Shown: positions 35,852 through 50,396, counted from the stretch's first letter. The stretch is DNA of 64,000 nt from Octopus bimaculoides (GCF_001194135.2 NC_069004.1:16559099-16623098), one strand, 5' to 3'. The notes: generated from the sequence alone by a model not told the origin. Numbers and translations: made by a program.

Positions 35852-38800
35852 GTAAGAGTTTCTTTTTCTTCATAATATGAATATTTTACTAATATCTAAA
35901 AATTTCATACACCTGAGACAGATTACACATAACTTATTACTTCACTCTTTGTTTTTATATGTTTCTTTTTATTGGGTTATCTCATATTGCTACATTCAAA
36001 CTTGTAATGTTATATGAAGTGATATACTCTACAGGGAGATGGAGAGTATAGTACCTTGCTCGACATTATAAGTTGCTACTCCTAAATCACTGGATAAGAC
36101 ATGTTGGCTCATTCAGTATAATTTAGAATACACAATATCAAGAAGTACAGCTGTCTATTGTTAAATATCAGAATTGTAACTGACATTTATTTTGTTAGCT
36201 TGCTGTACCAGATCAAATCCTAAAGCTTCTAAGACAACTTGATCCAAACTTATGGGAACAATTGATTTAAAAGTTATGTTGGATTAGTGTTGCACCTATT
36301 TCTCAATGGAGGAATTTTTTTCATGACAACTACTGCAGACAGTAAGAGTTATTTCCTTATTCCTTAGACAATAAACATGAGCTGTGATTGTGTAAGGGAT
36401 CTAGGAGCATGGAGTTGTGTGTTCAAATCCAACACTTTTTCTTAAAATGTTAAGATATACATAAACTATTTTCTGTATGTACACATACATGGTTCTATCA
36501 GTTATTTTTAGCATTTCTCTCTCCTTTTTCATCTGTCAGCAGGACTTTTTTTTCTAGGTTTTTACAACTCTTCTATGTAGATTGGTTCCTTAATTTGTTT
36601 TGCTGATAATTCTAAATATAATTGTGATAGCATTGTCTGTTTCTTATAAAATTTGGAGTTGTATTAAATCTTGACATTTCTCAACAATTTGATGTGACAC
36701 TGTTAACAGTTGGATCAGCAGTTTATTAGTGATGACACTTCAAGTAGGATTCTCCTTGATAACAAAGTTTGGGTGCCTATGAAAATAATAATATTTTTTT
36801 GTAATAGATATATTCAGTTTCTCCCAAACCCTGTAAACATCTAAATTTTAAAAACCATTTAACTCACACAAGCATAAAAAATGACTGTTAAAAAAAAAGT
36901 AATACTTAAAATTGCTTTCATGCATGTTCATGTACACTACTGTACATCTATTTTGTGATTCTCTGGTCACTACTTTGGCAAGTACAGTGAAGTCTATACT
37001 TTGCTGTTGAGGTCTAATAATACTGAATTATGTTCAGATTTGTTTCCCATCCCATTATTGCTGAATTGATTAAAATAATAATTATTGTCAATGTACTAAT
37101 GTCTTTTCCTCACCATATAATTATTTATAACTTGACTTTTAATGTGTGTTATATTAAATATTTTAACACTGATTTCATCTGCTCAGCAGGAGATTTAATA
37201 TGAAATTATATATTGAAGCTAATTCATTTGCATTGTGGCAGTCAGTTAAAATATGAATATAGTCAGATTTGTCACATTTTTCTAAGATAGGAGTTTAATG
37301 AGCAAGTAATAAATATGTATTGAAAGACTTGTAAAAAATAATTTTATAAAATTGGAAAAGTGTACATAAAAATAATCACTTTTATGTCTAGTTTCTCCAT
37401 TGCTAACATGGGTTGGATCAGACTTATAGTTTTCCTGTCTCCCAGAGCATTTATCAGCCAAAGGTTGTAGTAAAACACATACCCAAGATGGAAAGCAGTG
37501 GGCTGGAACTAGAAAGTCAACTCACTATAAATGCCATTCAAATTCTAACTCCAAAATGTTCCCACTATAACTAAATAAATTTTTGTGATACTTGCTTTCT
37601 ATATTTAGCTATTCAGTAAATGCTAACTACAAATTGTATTACATTTCAAGTGATTTTTCACTTGTCTCAGTAAATATCAAGTCAAAGGTTGGCAGTACTC
37701 CATTTATTTAGTTTACAAAGCAGTATCAGTACTGGTACTTATTGATCTTGGAGGAATGAAACAACCAAGTCAATGTCTCTGGTGTTTCACTACAAAATAT
37801 AACATTGATTTTTGAATGCCATAACCCATCTTGTCCAGCATTCCGTGAGTCAACTGCTTAAATATTGTTAATCCCTGTATAAATAGTTGGTCTCTCTCAG
37901 TGTCTTTACACTGTAAATTATTTTGCAATATGCTGAGGCTGTAACACAGAATATTAACCTACAGATTACACTGCCTCATTAAATATTGATTTCTTTTAAC
38001 TCAGCAGCAACTCAAAGTTTTTGAGGAGTAAGAATAAGTTGAGCTTCTCTATTAAGGATCTGAAGTTGGTACCATTACATATCACTTAGGTTTACAAGCA
38101 AATTGAAAAAAGATCCACCCAGAGGGTGTACTTACTTATTGTAGTACTCAGATTACTCTCTACAGAGTTTTCCATGTCTGTCAATGAAATGGAATCGTGA
38201 TGCAGTAGTAAAATCAGCTCCAAAAAGATGAAAAAAGCAGTCAATCTTGAAGCACTTTAAATTTAAATAGCAAACTGGATGTGGTTATCTAGTCCAGTAT
38301 TGACCATATTCATCATTGTTTTGTCTATTTATCTTTTTTATGTTGGCACTGATGAGTAGAATGTATTGCCATTCCTTGCAATTTCATCAATGATATCCAA
38401 CATTCTAAGATTTGATATCATTAAATTAGTCTGTCTGCGCCTCTTCATTCTACAGACCATATGCATTCATATAACGTGTCTTTAATAATGCAGCAATCTC
38501 TTTAGTCATACATACATTTATTACCCAGCTGTTTTCTCAACTCTTTTGTGTTCCATTTTACATGAAAGTTAATACTTTCATCCAGTGGATCATAATAATA
38601 CATTTCTCAAACTTGGGTAAATCTTCTACATGTAAACCCCCTGGCATGAATCCACTTTGATTTGACCTTTACATAGACAGTGAGCCTATGTTGTCAGATG
38701 TAAGAACTCTTGACTTTTCATTCTAGACATAGTTTCACCACAACTACCACTTGCACTAATTACATCACATGAGTCCATGGTAACTATTATCTACATCTAA

Positions 38801-38944
38801 CAAACCATCTGAGCAGTTCAATTTATGAATGTGGTTGTTACTAACTAATCTTATATATATATTAACTAAAATTCAAGTCTTGATTTCTTATTAACTAAGC
38901 AGATTCTATTGCAGCTATTATTTGTACTGACTACACATTACTAA

Positions 38945-40850
38945 GTACTTACATCATCATCATTTAATGTCCATTGTCCATACTGGGATGGGTTGGATGG
39001 TTTGACCAGGGCTGGCAAACTGAGGGGCTGCACCAGACTCCAGTCTGATTTGGCATGGTTTCTACAGCTGGATGCCCTTTCTGATGCCAACAACTCTGAG
39101 AGTGTAATGGGTGCCAGTTGCATGACACCAGTATCTTCTGTGACTATTGATTTCACTTGGCTTGATGGGTTTTCTCAAGTACGGCATATTGCTGAAGGTC
39201 TCAGTCATTTGTCATTGCCTCTGTAAGGCCCAGTGCTCAAAAGTGCTTTTTATGTGCCACCAGCACAGGTGCTAGTTACGCAACACCACCATTGACTACA
39301 TTGCCTCCGTGAGGCCTAATGCTTGACAGGTGCTTTTTACATGACACCAACATCACTTGACTTGATGGATCTTCTTAAGCATGGCATATCACCAAAGATC
39401 TTGGTCACTAGTCATTGCCTCCATGAGGCCCAACATTCAAAGTTCATGCTTCATAACCTCATCCCATGTCTTCCTAGGTCCACCTCTTCCACAGGTTCCC
39501 TCCACAGTTAGAGATCAGCACTTTACACACTTGACCATTCCAGCGCAGTCATCTCTCTTGCACACTACATCTGATACCTCTTATGCCCAACTTTTCTCTC
39601 AAGACACATTGTCATACATGCATACTGACATTGCACATCCAGCGAAACATACCAGCTTCATTTCTTTCAAGCCTGTGCATGTCCTTGGTTGTCACAGCAC
39701 ATGTAGCATAGCTGTTCGCACACAGGTATCACACAATCTGCCTTTCACTCTGAGGGAGAGGCCCTTTGTTGCCAACAAAAGTAGGGGCTCTCTGAACTTT
39801 GCCCAACCTATTCTTATTCTCATAGCTATGCTCTCAGAACATCCCCCCCCCCCTGCTACTGACTTGTTCACCCAGATAACAGAAGCTATCAACTACCTCT
39901 AACTTACCCACATGGCAGTTGATGGAGTTTATTTTCTGTACATTTTAGCTTCCACACAAAAACTGTTTACTCAGTTAACCTTTCTTTGATATTATTGCAC
40001 CTCATGTCCATGTCTTACATTGGGTACATCATCATCATCTTATGGAATTTCTACCTATGCCTTTCCTACAGCCCAAGCAGGGCCATCTATCTAAAGGCAT
40101 TTGCTTTCCTACTTGCCAAGACTGGTTTTTGCTAGGTTAACTCTAAGGCCATTTGATTCTAGACCTTGCTTCCATGCCTGAAATTTCTTTTCTAGTTCTT
40201 GTAATGATTTAATTATAAGAACAAGGTCATCAGCATAGAGGAGCCCCTAGGAGCAACCCGTCTTAAGTTCTTCTGTTATTGCCTGGAGGACTATGATGAA
40301 CAAGAGGGAGCTGAGGACTGATCCTTGATGAACCCCCACTTCTACTCTGAATTCATCGCTATACTCATTTCCAAGCCCCACCTTACTGACTGCATCCCTG
40401 TACATGGCTTGTACAGCTCTTACCAGTCACTTGTCTATTCCTAATTTCCACATACAGGATTAGGGGACCCTATCGAAGGCTTTCTCCATGTCAACAAAGC
40501 CAAGTACAGAGGTTTATCTTTGGCTAAGTACTTCTCCTGCAGCTGCCTTACCAGAAATACAGCATCTGTGGTGCTTCACCCTGGCATGAAACCAAACTGC
40601 ATCTCATCTAGACTAACTTTCTCCCTAATCAGTTGAGCTTTGACTCTCTGTGGCTTGCATCATGTGACACAACAATTTGATACCTCTCTTTATTTCTATC
40701 TAAAGCATCACTTTTACCTTTGCAGCAGTTGATTCTGGTGCTGCTACATCAGTCATTAGACATGACTCCTACACATCATGCAAAAACCCTCGAAATTCAT
40801 TCACCCTGCTTTTGAAATTCACTTTTAGTCTTTTCCATATTGAGCTCTAA
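38945..40850 (-). mobile_element. RTE-clade LINE 3' portion (RT, 3' UTR and (GAT)n tail)
   Basis: Minus-strand DMEKAFDRVP, VGVHQGSVLS, YADDL and GWAKFREPLLLLATKGLSLRVKGRL; ends ...GGACATTAAATGATGATGATG. Confidence 0.88.
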
Positions 40851-41837
40851 GCATTTTTGACTCTTGACCATTTTACTGAATCATAAAACTTCTCAGTTGA
40901 TGAATTTAGAGATTGTTTTTAGTTAAGTTATCTTGTAATTGTCTTGCTAAAATTATGCTTTCTGTTGTTACATCTTGTTGAAAACCAGATTGCATCCAAA
41001 CTAACTTTATTCTTAATTAACTTCCTTTGTGACTCTTTCAAATATCTTCATTAACTTGGTTCATTATTTGGAAACCTCACTTGTGCATCTTTTATTTTGT
41101 AGTAGTTTGCAATGATATTACTAAGTTAATACATTGAGATTTAGCAACTCGAATTAAGTATTACATATTAGTAGGATAACTACATTCCCTCAATAAGTCT
41201 TCCTCCCTCAAAGAAATTCAGTTTCTTCTGGTTTTTGTGTCTTGTAATTGATACCTCTGTTGGTTCCATTTAAGAAACTGCAGTTGGGTTCTTATAGTGT
41301 ATAGCTATGCTAATTGGATTAAGCAAATTTTCAGTCTTTGCTGTGATTCTATATGTTTATCGAATATGCAGACAATTGATTTCATTTAAAGTTATTAAGG
41401 TTTTATAATGAATGAATTGTATTCAAAGATCAGCCAATTTACCTTGTAACAAATCATTGTTAAAATATGGAAGTTGACAGTTTTATTCATTAGTAACTAC
41501 ATCTTTAGTGTCAGAGACTTGAAATCTATGAAATGCCTGTAGATTGTTTAAATTGTAATCACTGACATTTTCATATTCAATTTTCCTTCATGCTGACATG
41601 TATCACATGAATTTTGAAGTACTGAACTTTTAAATGTAATACAGCAAGCAGTTTTATACTAATGTTTCAATTCTTTTCCTATTCCTACTCAATGATCTAA
41701 AAGAAATGGTATATTTATTTTCTCCCAGTAAAGTTTTGCTTAAGCCTATAAAAATTAAAAAAAAGCAACTATTTTTATGAATTGTTTCTTGTTATAAATT
41801 GAATCCTCTTAAGATATTTCTCTCTTCTCCATCCTAG

Positions 41838-42460
41838 GTGTAATGACAAGTCAACAATCTGCTTGGAATCATCCTGCAGAATATTCACCTTTGACGACCT
41901 CAGCACCCCTATGTAGTTCACAGACAAACACTTTCAACAGTCAGGCCTCAAACCGTTTGTGTAGTGACCCAAATTTAATAAACATAAAATCTGATGCTCA
42001 AAGTATTGGGGATAAGAAAACGAACCAACGTCCTGCCAAACTCTGCCAACTGCTAACACAGAATACTTCTCCTGATCAAAGTATTGTGAAGTCGGAATTG
42101 TCACGAGATGAATCAGGTCTTGGCGAAAATTCTAAGTCTTGTCTTAAATCTCCCGGCAGCAGTGTGGACCAGTCTCCTCAACCAGGACCTGGTCAGTCTC
42201 CTCAGGAAAAACCCCAGAGCACTTCTGGAAATGATGAAATGGACCACCTAGGTAGTGGAGGGGTGAATGCTGCAACACCAGCTGATATCAAACGGTCTGA
42301 CCTTATCCTCAAAAAGTTACTCAGTATGGGAGAAGAGGATTCTTGTTCAAAGCGGCATGACTCGGATGGTATTCATTCACCGAATGATAACTGTGCAATG
42401 GAAGTAGACAAAAATGAAGCTGAGCCAAAAAAATCTGTGAATAATGATGAACTTCTTAAG
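41838..42460 (+). CDS. NCOA: NCOA exon with NR boxes LCQLL (42041-42055), LKKLL (42308-42322) and the first half of LK|QLL
   Basis: tcctag|GT...AAG|gtagga; 623 nt, phase 1-0; KLCQLLT resembles p160 NR box 1 KLxQLLT. Confidence 0.93.
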
Positions 42461-45400
42461 GTAGGAATTATTTTATGTTTTTGGCTGAATTAACTTCCAT
42501 TATTTATAATTTTACTTCTTTCCATATATGCATGCACACAGTGCCTGGTTTGAACTTGAACACACATCAGATAAGTGCCATGCCAAAGGGTGGAGAATTG
42601 TGCTACCAAAAGGAAAAAAGGTGTCTTGTGAAGAGTATGAATTTATAATATTGCTTTTAAGGGGTCAATAGCAAGGTGTGCAAGCAGAAAAATAAACATA
42701 CACTGGAACAGTTCTATATTTAAGAGATGGCTTTTTCACAAGGAGAGAGATCCCACCTGGTACTTTATCTTTCTTGTGTGCTGTCTTTAAGTCAGTGCTT
42801 GGATTGAAAAAATATACATGGGTATAATTTGAACATTACTAACGTGTTTGTGTGCGAGTGTGTAGCCACACACATACACATATGTATTAGACATGTATAG
42901 GTGGAATGACAGAAGAGCTGATAAATTTGCAGAAGTTAAAAGTTCAGTTCAGTTTTAATCCCTGGTTGAAACCATCGTTGCCTTTATTGCATCAATAAAA
43001 CATCTAATCTCCTACTGAGGAGTAGACCACTTTGTCATACACTATAGCAATAACAATTTCTTAATAAACATATTCTGCTCTTCTAAGATATATACAAAGA
43101 CATCATGTAACCCTATTAGATTAGTGTATGAATATTTATATATCCTTAAAAGCAATATAACAAGGATTTGTGGTCATTAAATCATTTAACATGCAACAAA
43201 ATTTTAAACAATTTGTATTTTTATTTTCATAATTTACTTTCATATTTTGTTTACGCTGTTGAATGTAATGCTTATTTATTCACATTGTTTTGAATTAATC
43301 ATGTATTATCTTATAGCTCCAAGATTTTGATGATGTGACTGCATATTTTTAGAATGACATAGAGTAGGTATGAGAGGCCAGATCTGGCCAGTCTCAGCAT
43401 AAAACAGAATATTTGGGCTGAATATGGCCAGTTTAAATGCTGAAGTGCTACTTCCAAAATACCAATTATTGTAATTTCTACCACACAATTACAATTGAGC
43501 TCAACCTCCTGCACAGCTTAACTTAATTATATTGAACTCTGTTTCACATCTGACTTAGATTCACTAAGTTTCATATGTGATCCAAGTTAGCCATTTCTTA
43601 GAACATAATGGACTTTACATCCAGTGTTAATTCTGACCATTCTTGATGAGTTTGAGCTCCTTTAGTACTGAGTTAAGAACTGTTTTGAATTTCAACTTGA
43701 AACCATTTCACTTATGTTGTTAGTGTCTTGTGAAAGGCACACACCTCACAAAATCTATTTCCCATCTTCTATAACCTTGTGGTTAAGCTAAAAGATATCA
43801 ATATTAACTTATACAGTTACTATTGCCACCTTCCTATTCAGATTACAACATTGCATCTATCTTTCATCTTTACCTTCTCTTTTTCTATTAGAGGAGACAC
43901 ATTAACTGTATTTATAGCTTTCAATATCTATGTCAGTTATAGGATATCCAACTGGATTGTATGGTTTGCCATAAGGTAATGTCTTATAACTGGTGTGAAC
44001 TTTTACTGGGGAAATGCCTGAACAAACAAAATCGTGTCAACATCTCTGAGTTTTCATTAACAGATTTTGGCTCCAGCATAATTATATTATTAATTTAACA
44101 TTAGTTAATTAACTTTCTCCTAATTACTAATTAGAATACTGTTTTACCTTATTTCTTTTGTTTGAATAATCTGTGTAAAATAATCTTAAGTAGCTTAAGT
44201 ACAAAGTTTATTCTCAAAAGCATGTAAGTCATTACATAAATAACTGGTGCCCAGGAAGGCCATAACCAACTTTGTGGAACCAGTGAAAGAGTATGCAGTG
44301 CTAAAGACAAATTAGATGTCAAATACTTTAAATATAACATGAATTAGAATTTTTACCTCACAATGAATGAGGAGTATTGGCAATAGGAAATAATTATCAT
44401 CTTCAGTGGTGTGTGGTTATTCAGCTAATAACTATAGAATCAGTATCATATTGTTCTTGTTAATTAGCAGAGTTAAGGAACTCAGCAAAATAGCATTTAT
44501 TATAACATTGATCAGGCATAAACAAAATATGAAGAATAATAAAGCATCCAAAGTTTTAACTGTTGTTTGTAACTGATTGTCAGGTCCCAATAAAACAATG
44601 TTCATGACTGTTTGTGTGAGATAGAGTAATATGAAATGTATGTATGTGTGCACATACACAGAGTACTATGTGATGTTCTATTAAGTTGCTTTACAACTGA
44701 TTTCCAAAATGTAGTTTCTATGGTTTGATGATTCCCATGAAAATGGTGATGCATCTGCCTGTAATGAATGTTTGTTGGTTATAATGATGTTATGGGTCTA
44801 TCTATAATAGGCTTACAATGACAGTACCATGTACATCAAACTGTGTCGAGTGTGGAATGCAATATGTAAACAACTTGCTCTACTGTAAAATCAGTCATTA
44901 GAGAAGTATGAAAAAAGTCAATTTACACTTTTAAAATATTATAATTAACCTCATAACTGTAATCGTCTATGACAGTAAATAATGACAAGTCTTGTCATTG
45001 TAGAAAGAAATAATTTGCTACAATCTGGAGCATGGTATTAGTAATAAACCAGGGTACTGAGTGAAACTTAGAAGTGCTTAAAAATTTGGTTTCACAAATG
45101 AAATTCAAACATAAAAGTTGCTCCTATGAACTTTTTCTGTACTTCCTTTCACAACTCCTCATAAATATGATGAAATATCTCTACAGGAATATCTTTGTTT
45201 TTACACTTGACTCTGTGACATTAGGAACCAGTCAGTGTTTCTGTAGTAAAAGCTAAAACCATCAAAAATCATTTGATCTTGTAATGTCCAAAGTGATAAA
45301 TATTTTACTCAGTATCACATCATTTAAACAAACATTCTTCAATGCTACCATGAACATTAAGAAGGTGTACATGTATCATGGGGGAAAAGACTTCTCTACT

Positions 45401-45555
45401 AACAGCAGACTTTTGTCAAATACAGACAGTAATATTTCACTGTTTGTAATGTTCATGTACCTCCTGTTTCAGTCAAGTAATTGCAGCTTTCAGTTGCATG
45501 TGTATTGCTATTTTTGAGTGTGCAGGTATTCATGTTAATTTGTTCATGTTGTCAG

Positions 45556-45684
45556 CAACTACTAAGTGATGACCACCACGCAACATCAGAGGCTGGTAAA
45601 GCAGAGAAGAATGCCAACAAAGATCTACTTCAGAAGCTGTTGCAGGAGGAGGAGGAGGAAGAGCTGAAGGGGACTGCCCCCGCA
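45556..45684 (+). CDS. NCOA: NCOA exon completing LKQLL and carrying LQKLL (45628-45642) and poly-E
   Basis: gtcag|CAA...GCA|gtatgt; 129 nt, phase 0-0. Confidence 0.88.
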
Positions 45685-46532
45685 GTATGTATTCTCTATC
45701 TACACGTTTCTTCGTTGGCACTCCACTTTTACACAAGGCTTGGCCTGCCTGCATTGGGTCACTTTCATCTTTGGCTGACCAAACTCTTGGCCCCTATGGT
45801 GTACTTGTTTTTCAACACATTCATTAATGGCCTTTTATGTAAATCTGATCAAATATACCATTTAAATTACTTCGAAATTTATACTATAGGTATATTGATC
45901 TGCCCCTTCCCTTATTGTACTAATATTGTTTGTTTTGTAATCTTAATGTTCACCTTTTCACAGAATAATGACTTTCTGATCTAGTAACACACTTTGGTAA
46001 CTTTTAAGACTTGCATTCAATATGTTTTATAAATTGTAAATATATTAAATGCTATTTTATTTTCGTTCAGCATTATTTAAACCAATTGAAACTTCTATGA
46101 GATTCTTTTTCTTTTTCTTTTGTAACTTTGTAAACTGTGTGTATCTTCGATGCTATATGAAAGTGTTTTAGTTGAATCTGCTAATCCAAAACTAAAAGGT
46201 CATTTCTGTTGTATAATCTCTGTATCCCAAATGCCATAGCCATATCTTAATATATATGGATAATCAGATCTTTGCAACTGCTAGATATTCTTGAAAGATG
46301 TTTTGTATGTATTACCAATTCAGGTCCTGGCTAATGCCATAGAGTGTGTGTGAGTGTTCCTACAAGGACAGTGTGGCTATAGAGAATGGGCAGCAGTATG
46401 TTTACTGCTCTCTACATATGTATCTATGACCATATTGCTAAGGCAACTGTTACTATAGCATTTTACTAGATAATTCCATTCATTTATTTAACTATTTTAT
46501 ATTCTTCTCTCCTAAACGTTTTGTCATTTCAG

Positions 46533-47691
46533 CAAAGCACTAGTCAAGACCAGGATATTTCTACTCGTCACCGTCATGTATCTGGGCCACAATTTCCTAC
46601 TACCACTCACACAGGTCTGCCAGAATCCACTTCAGGCGTCCCTCACCGGACAAGTTTTGATGATTCTGTGCTCAAACCGTCCGACATGATTAAATCGCAA
46701 GCCAATGTTGAAAATTTGAGACCGTTAAACTGTCTAATAAATTTCCTGGATAAAGATCCTGAAAAAATGAAAACAGAAACTCGTTTCAAAGCTGTTAAAC
46801 GGAAAGCATCATTCGACAGTGATTCTGACTTGTTGGACACAGACCAGACTACACCGGCCGACATGCCAAGTAAAGTGCTCCAGCGTAATGTACTCCTTGC
46901 TCAACTTCTATCGAGAAAAACCAATCGAGAGATTGTTGTCAATACACAGATCACTGCCAACCCAACAGCAGTACCTGTACCACGGATGCCTAAAAGTGAA
47001 AAGGTTCTTCAAATGAAAACATTAGATAAGAAAACTAGCAGTGATGTGTCATCAACTGAGGGAGACAAGGACAGTAGTGTGAACCTTTATGATAGTCCCA
47101 GGTCACTGACTGACTCAAACTTCCAAAATTCAGTAGTAGACTCTAGTAAAGTTGTTTCCACAGAGAATAACCTCTACACTAATAAGCAGGTTTTCACATC
47201 CATAGCATCAAACTATAATGCTACATCAGCATCAAGTTCTTCAGATCGGTTCAGTGCCAGCCCAAATCAACTGCAGTTGGCTCGACCATTACCACCAGCT
47301 TCAAATGGGAGTAAGCCAGCTGAGGATACTTTAAAGAAGGACTCCAAAGATGTTCTTTTAGCACAAATATTGCAGCAATCTGTTGATCTTCAACAAGATC
47401 TCCATGAAGCTCAAATGCATGCCACTGGCAATGTAATGTCAGGTATGGCAGGTGGTGCAGTGGTGAGTTCGGTAGCTCAACCTGTACGGACTGCATCAAG
47501 TGATCAAAATCAGGACGATGCTATTTTATCTCAGCTTGAGCAAGTCTTTTCAGATAACAGCCTTTCAATATCTGAAATAGAAAATTCGTTGTTTAATTCC
47601 TCCAGCCAACCTAATAGCAGCAATGATATTCTTGAAAAGAAAGCAATAAAAGCAATACAGAAAGAACTGATGATGCTAGATCCAATAGCAG
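46533..47691 (+). CDS. NCOA: NCOA exon with LAQLL (46896-46910), LLAQIL and a CBP/p300-interaction-like segment (QDDAILSQLEQVFS...ISEIENSL)
   Basis: tttcag|CAA...GCAG|gtaagt; 1159 nt, phase 0-1; DDAILSQL resembles p160 AD1 DE(R/K)ALL(D/E)QL. Confidence 0.92.
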
Positions 47692-48954
47692 GTAAGTGTA
47701 TTATTGTTATTGTTGTAATATGACAGCCACATTCCAATCCCCATCCATATACTGGATTTGCATATACCCAAAAACAAATGAAAGCACCTCCATACTGTCA
47801 GTTAATCTGTTAGAAATAAGTCAAATTTCACATCACAGCTTACCATCTTTAAAAAAATGGTCAAAGACAACTATTTCTCTCTCCATATCATACTCTAAAC
47901 TCTTGCTTGGCACAGCTACTTCCCTCGGTTCCACACCATCTGTCAACTAAGAGGTCTTTGTCTTGCAAGTTACTTGGCAACCCTGCTGGCACCACATAAA
48001 AAGCACCCAAAGCACTCTGTAAAGTGGTTGACATTAGGAAAGGCATCCTTCCATAGAAACCAACAGACAACTAGAACCTGAAGTTCTATAGTTTGCCAGC
48101 TCCTGTCAAACTGTCCAACCCATGCCAGTTTGGAATACGGACATTAAATGACGATGATATTCTCTAACATAGTCCTACGTATACTCAGTTTTACATCCAT
48201 TTTTCCGTGTTAGCATGGATTGAGGCATCATTTTTACAAGTAGATGCCCTCTCTGTTGCTAACCTTTAACTGTTTTTCAAGTAATGAATATGTATATTAT
48301 ATATATAGTTATATACACAAACACTTATAATGATACACTATATCAAGCATGGTTGTGTAGTTACGAAGTTTGCTTCCCAACCACTTGTTTTCAGGTTCAA
48401 TCCCATTACATGTCACCTTGGCCAAGTGACTTCTAATATAGCTACAGGTCAACTAGTGTGTGTGTGTATATATATATAAATAAATATAAAAGGCTAGGCA
48501 TAGCTTCTTTTTTGACTTGTACCTCCCCTCTGGAATAATATGTTTATTTGTATCTCCTTGTTTTGATTGTTGTAAATCAATGTTATTCATTTCCGGTATT
48601 CTGCAAAAACTTGTCTGACCATGTAGAAATATTACCTTGCTTAGAAACAGGTGAGGGTTGGTAAGAGGAAGAGCATCTGTCTATAGAAAATCTGCCTCAA
48701 TAAGCTTCATCTGACTCATACAAACATGGAAAAGTGGCTGTTAAAGCAATGATGATGGGTTAGTGCAGACATAGTTATGTGATTAAAAAGTTTGCTTCCC
48801 AACCATGTGGTTTCAGTTAAGTCCCACTGCATTTCACCTTGGGCAAATGTCTTCTACTACAGCTCCAAGTTGACCAAAGCCTTATGAGTGGATTATGGTA
48901 GGCAGAAACTGAAAGAAGCCCATCATGTGATATGTACACTTGTGTGTGTATACA

Positions 48955-50129
48955 TACAAGGTGCATTCTAGGAGTTTTGAAACTTTTTTTCAGGAGAAGA
49001 GACATTTATTAATTTCAGAGAAGTACAGAACTCTAATCTGCTTCAACATAGGATCCTCTGACATCAATGCACTTGCTGCAGAGCTCCAACCACTTTTTGA
49101 AGTCCCCAAGGAAGTCCAGAGTGAAAGTGTCCAGGAACTTTGTTATAGCCTCCTGCATTTGCTCAGTATCTTCAAAACGACTGTCCCTGAGGTTCTTCTT
49201 CAGCTTGGAGAACAATTGAGGAACAAGGTTTGGACTGTAGGGAGAGTGCAGGACAGTTTTGATGCCCATCTGCAAAGTACTATTTCTTGATTGGCCAGAG
49301 AGAACCCAGTGGATGTAGATGATACTCTTAATGTCAGAAAAGATCACTATGGACTTGCTTTGCCTGGCCTTCATGAGTCTGGAGGACCCAGGATACATCC
49401 ATTGGGCACTCAGGATCGTAACCATAGATCAAGTTTTTCTCACAGGTCACCAGAGACCCAAGAACTTTTGGATTGGCAGAAATAAGCTTAACCATCTCCC
49501 TGCTTTCACTAACACAGCTTTCCTTTTGTTGGTCACTGAGTACCTTGGGAACAAATTTTGCACATGTTTAGATCTTCACAAATAATTCTGTGTACAGTTA
49601 CTGCACCTACTCCAGACTGTATGCTTATTGTCTTTATAGATAGATGGCCTTCATTCAGAAAATAGCAAATTTTATCAATCAGCTCTATGTTCTAATGTAC
49701 TTCTACCTCCTATTGATGTAATTCGTGTCATCTCTCACTTCCTCTCTACCATCCTTGATCCTCTTGTGCCAGCAAGAAAGCAGATACTCAGCTCATACAA
49801 GTTGTGTAGTTAAGAAGTTTGCTTCCCAGTCTGGAGCATTTCATAAGTTTCTGTGGTGTTTTAACTCAGTTTAACACAAAGCTTTATTGCATAGCAAGCT
49901 TCTAGATTGTCTTCACATTCTGACTGCATTCTGCAAACTAGTCAACTTTGACAAACAATGTTTAGTAGAGTGTATCCAAAGTCTCTTTCAATCTGGAATA
50001 ATAATAATAATAATACAGTGGCTAGTCGGCTTAGTAGATGTATAGTAACGTATATACTGAAATTACAATAGTCTAGGACTGTTATAACTGCATCTGAGAG
50101 GGTCTCAAACCTGGAATACACTTCATGTA
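48955..50129 (-). mobile_element. Mariner transposon (~1.17 kb) with degenerate TIRs
   Basis: Ends TACAAGGTGCATTCTAGGAGTTTTGAAAC and (reverse complement) TACATGAAGTGTATTCCAGGTTTGAGAC; minus-strand HSPYSPNL and KCIDVRGSYVE. Confidence 0.8.
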
Positions 50130-50396
50130 CGAGAATGTGAGTTTGTATTACCCATGCCTTCATTTGTGTTCATTGGTTGTAAACATTCACCTTGCTGACA
50201 GTGTCATTTATTTGCAGTTCTCTACAAAATCCTGTCTGAGCTTCTTGATATGTTGTGTGATCTTGTAAACACAAAGCTCATTCATACAGTTTTGCTTCCA
50301 GTTCTTCGTGTAAAATTCTAATTGTTGTTTGTTAGACTAGGAAATTATTTCCTCACTTAGAAACAAATTGGGACTGGCAACAGGAAGGACATCCAG

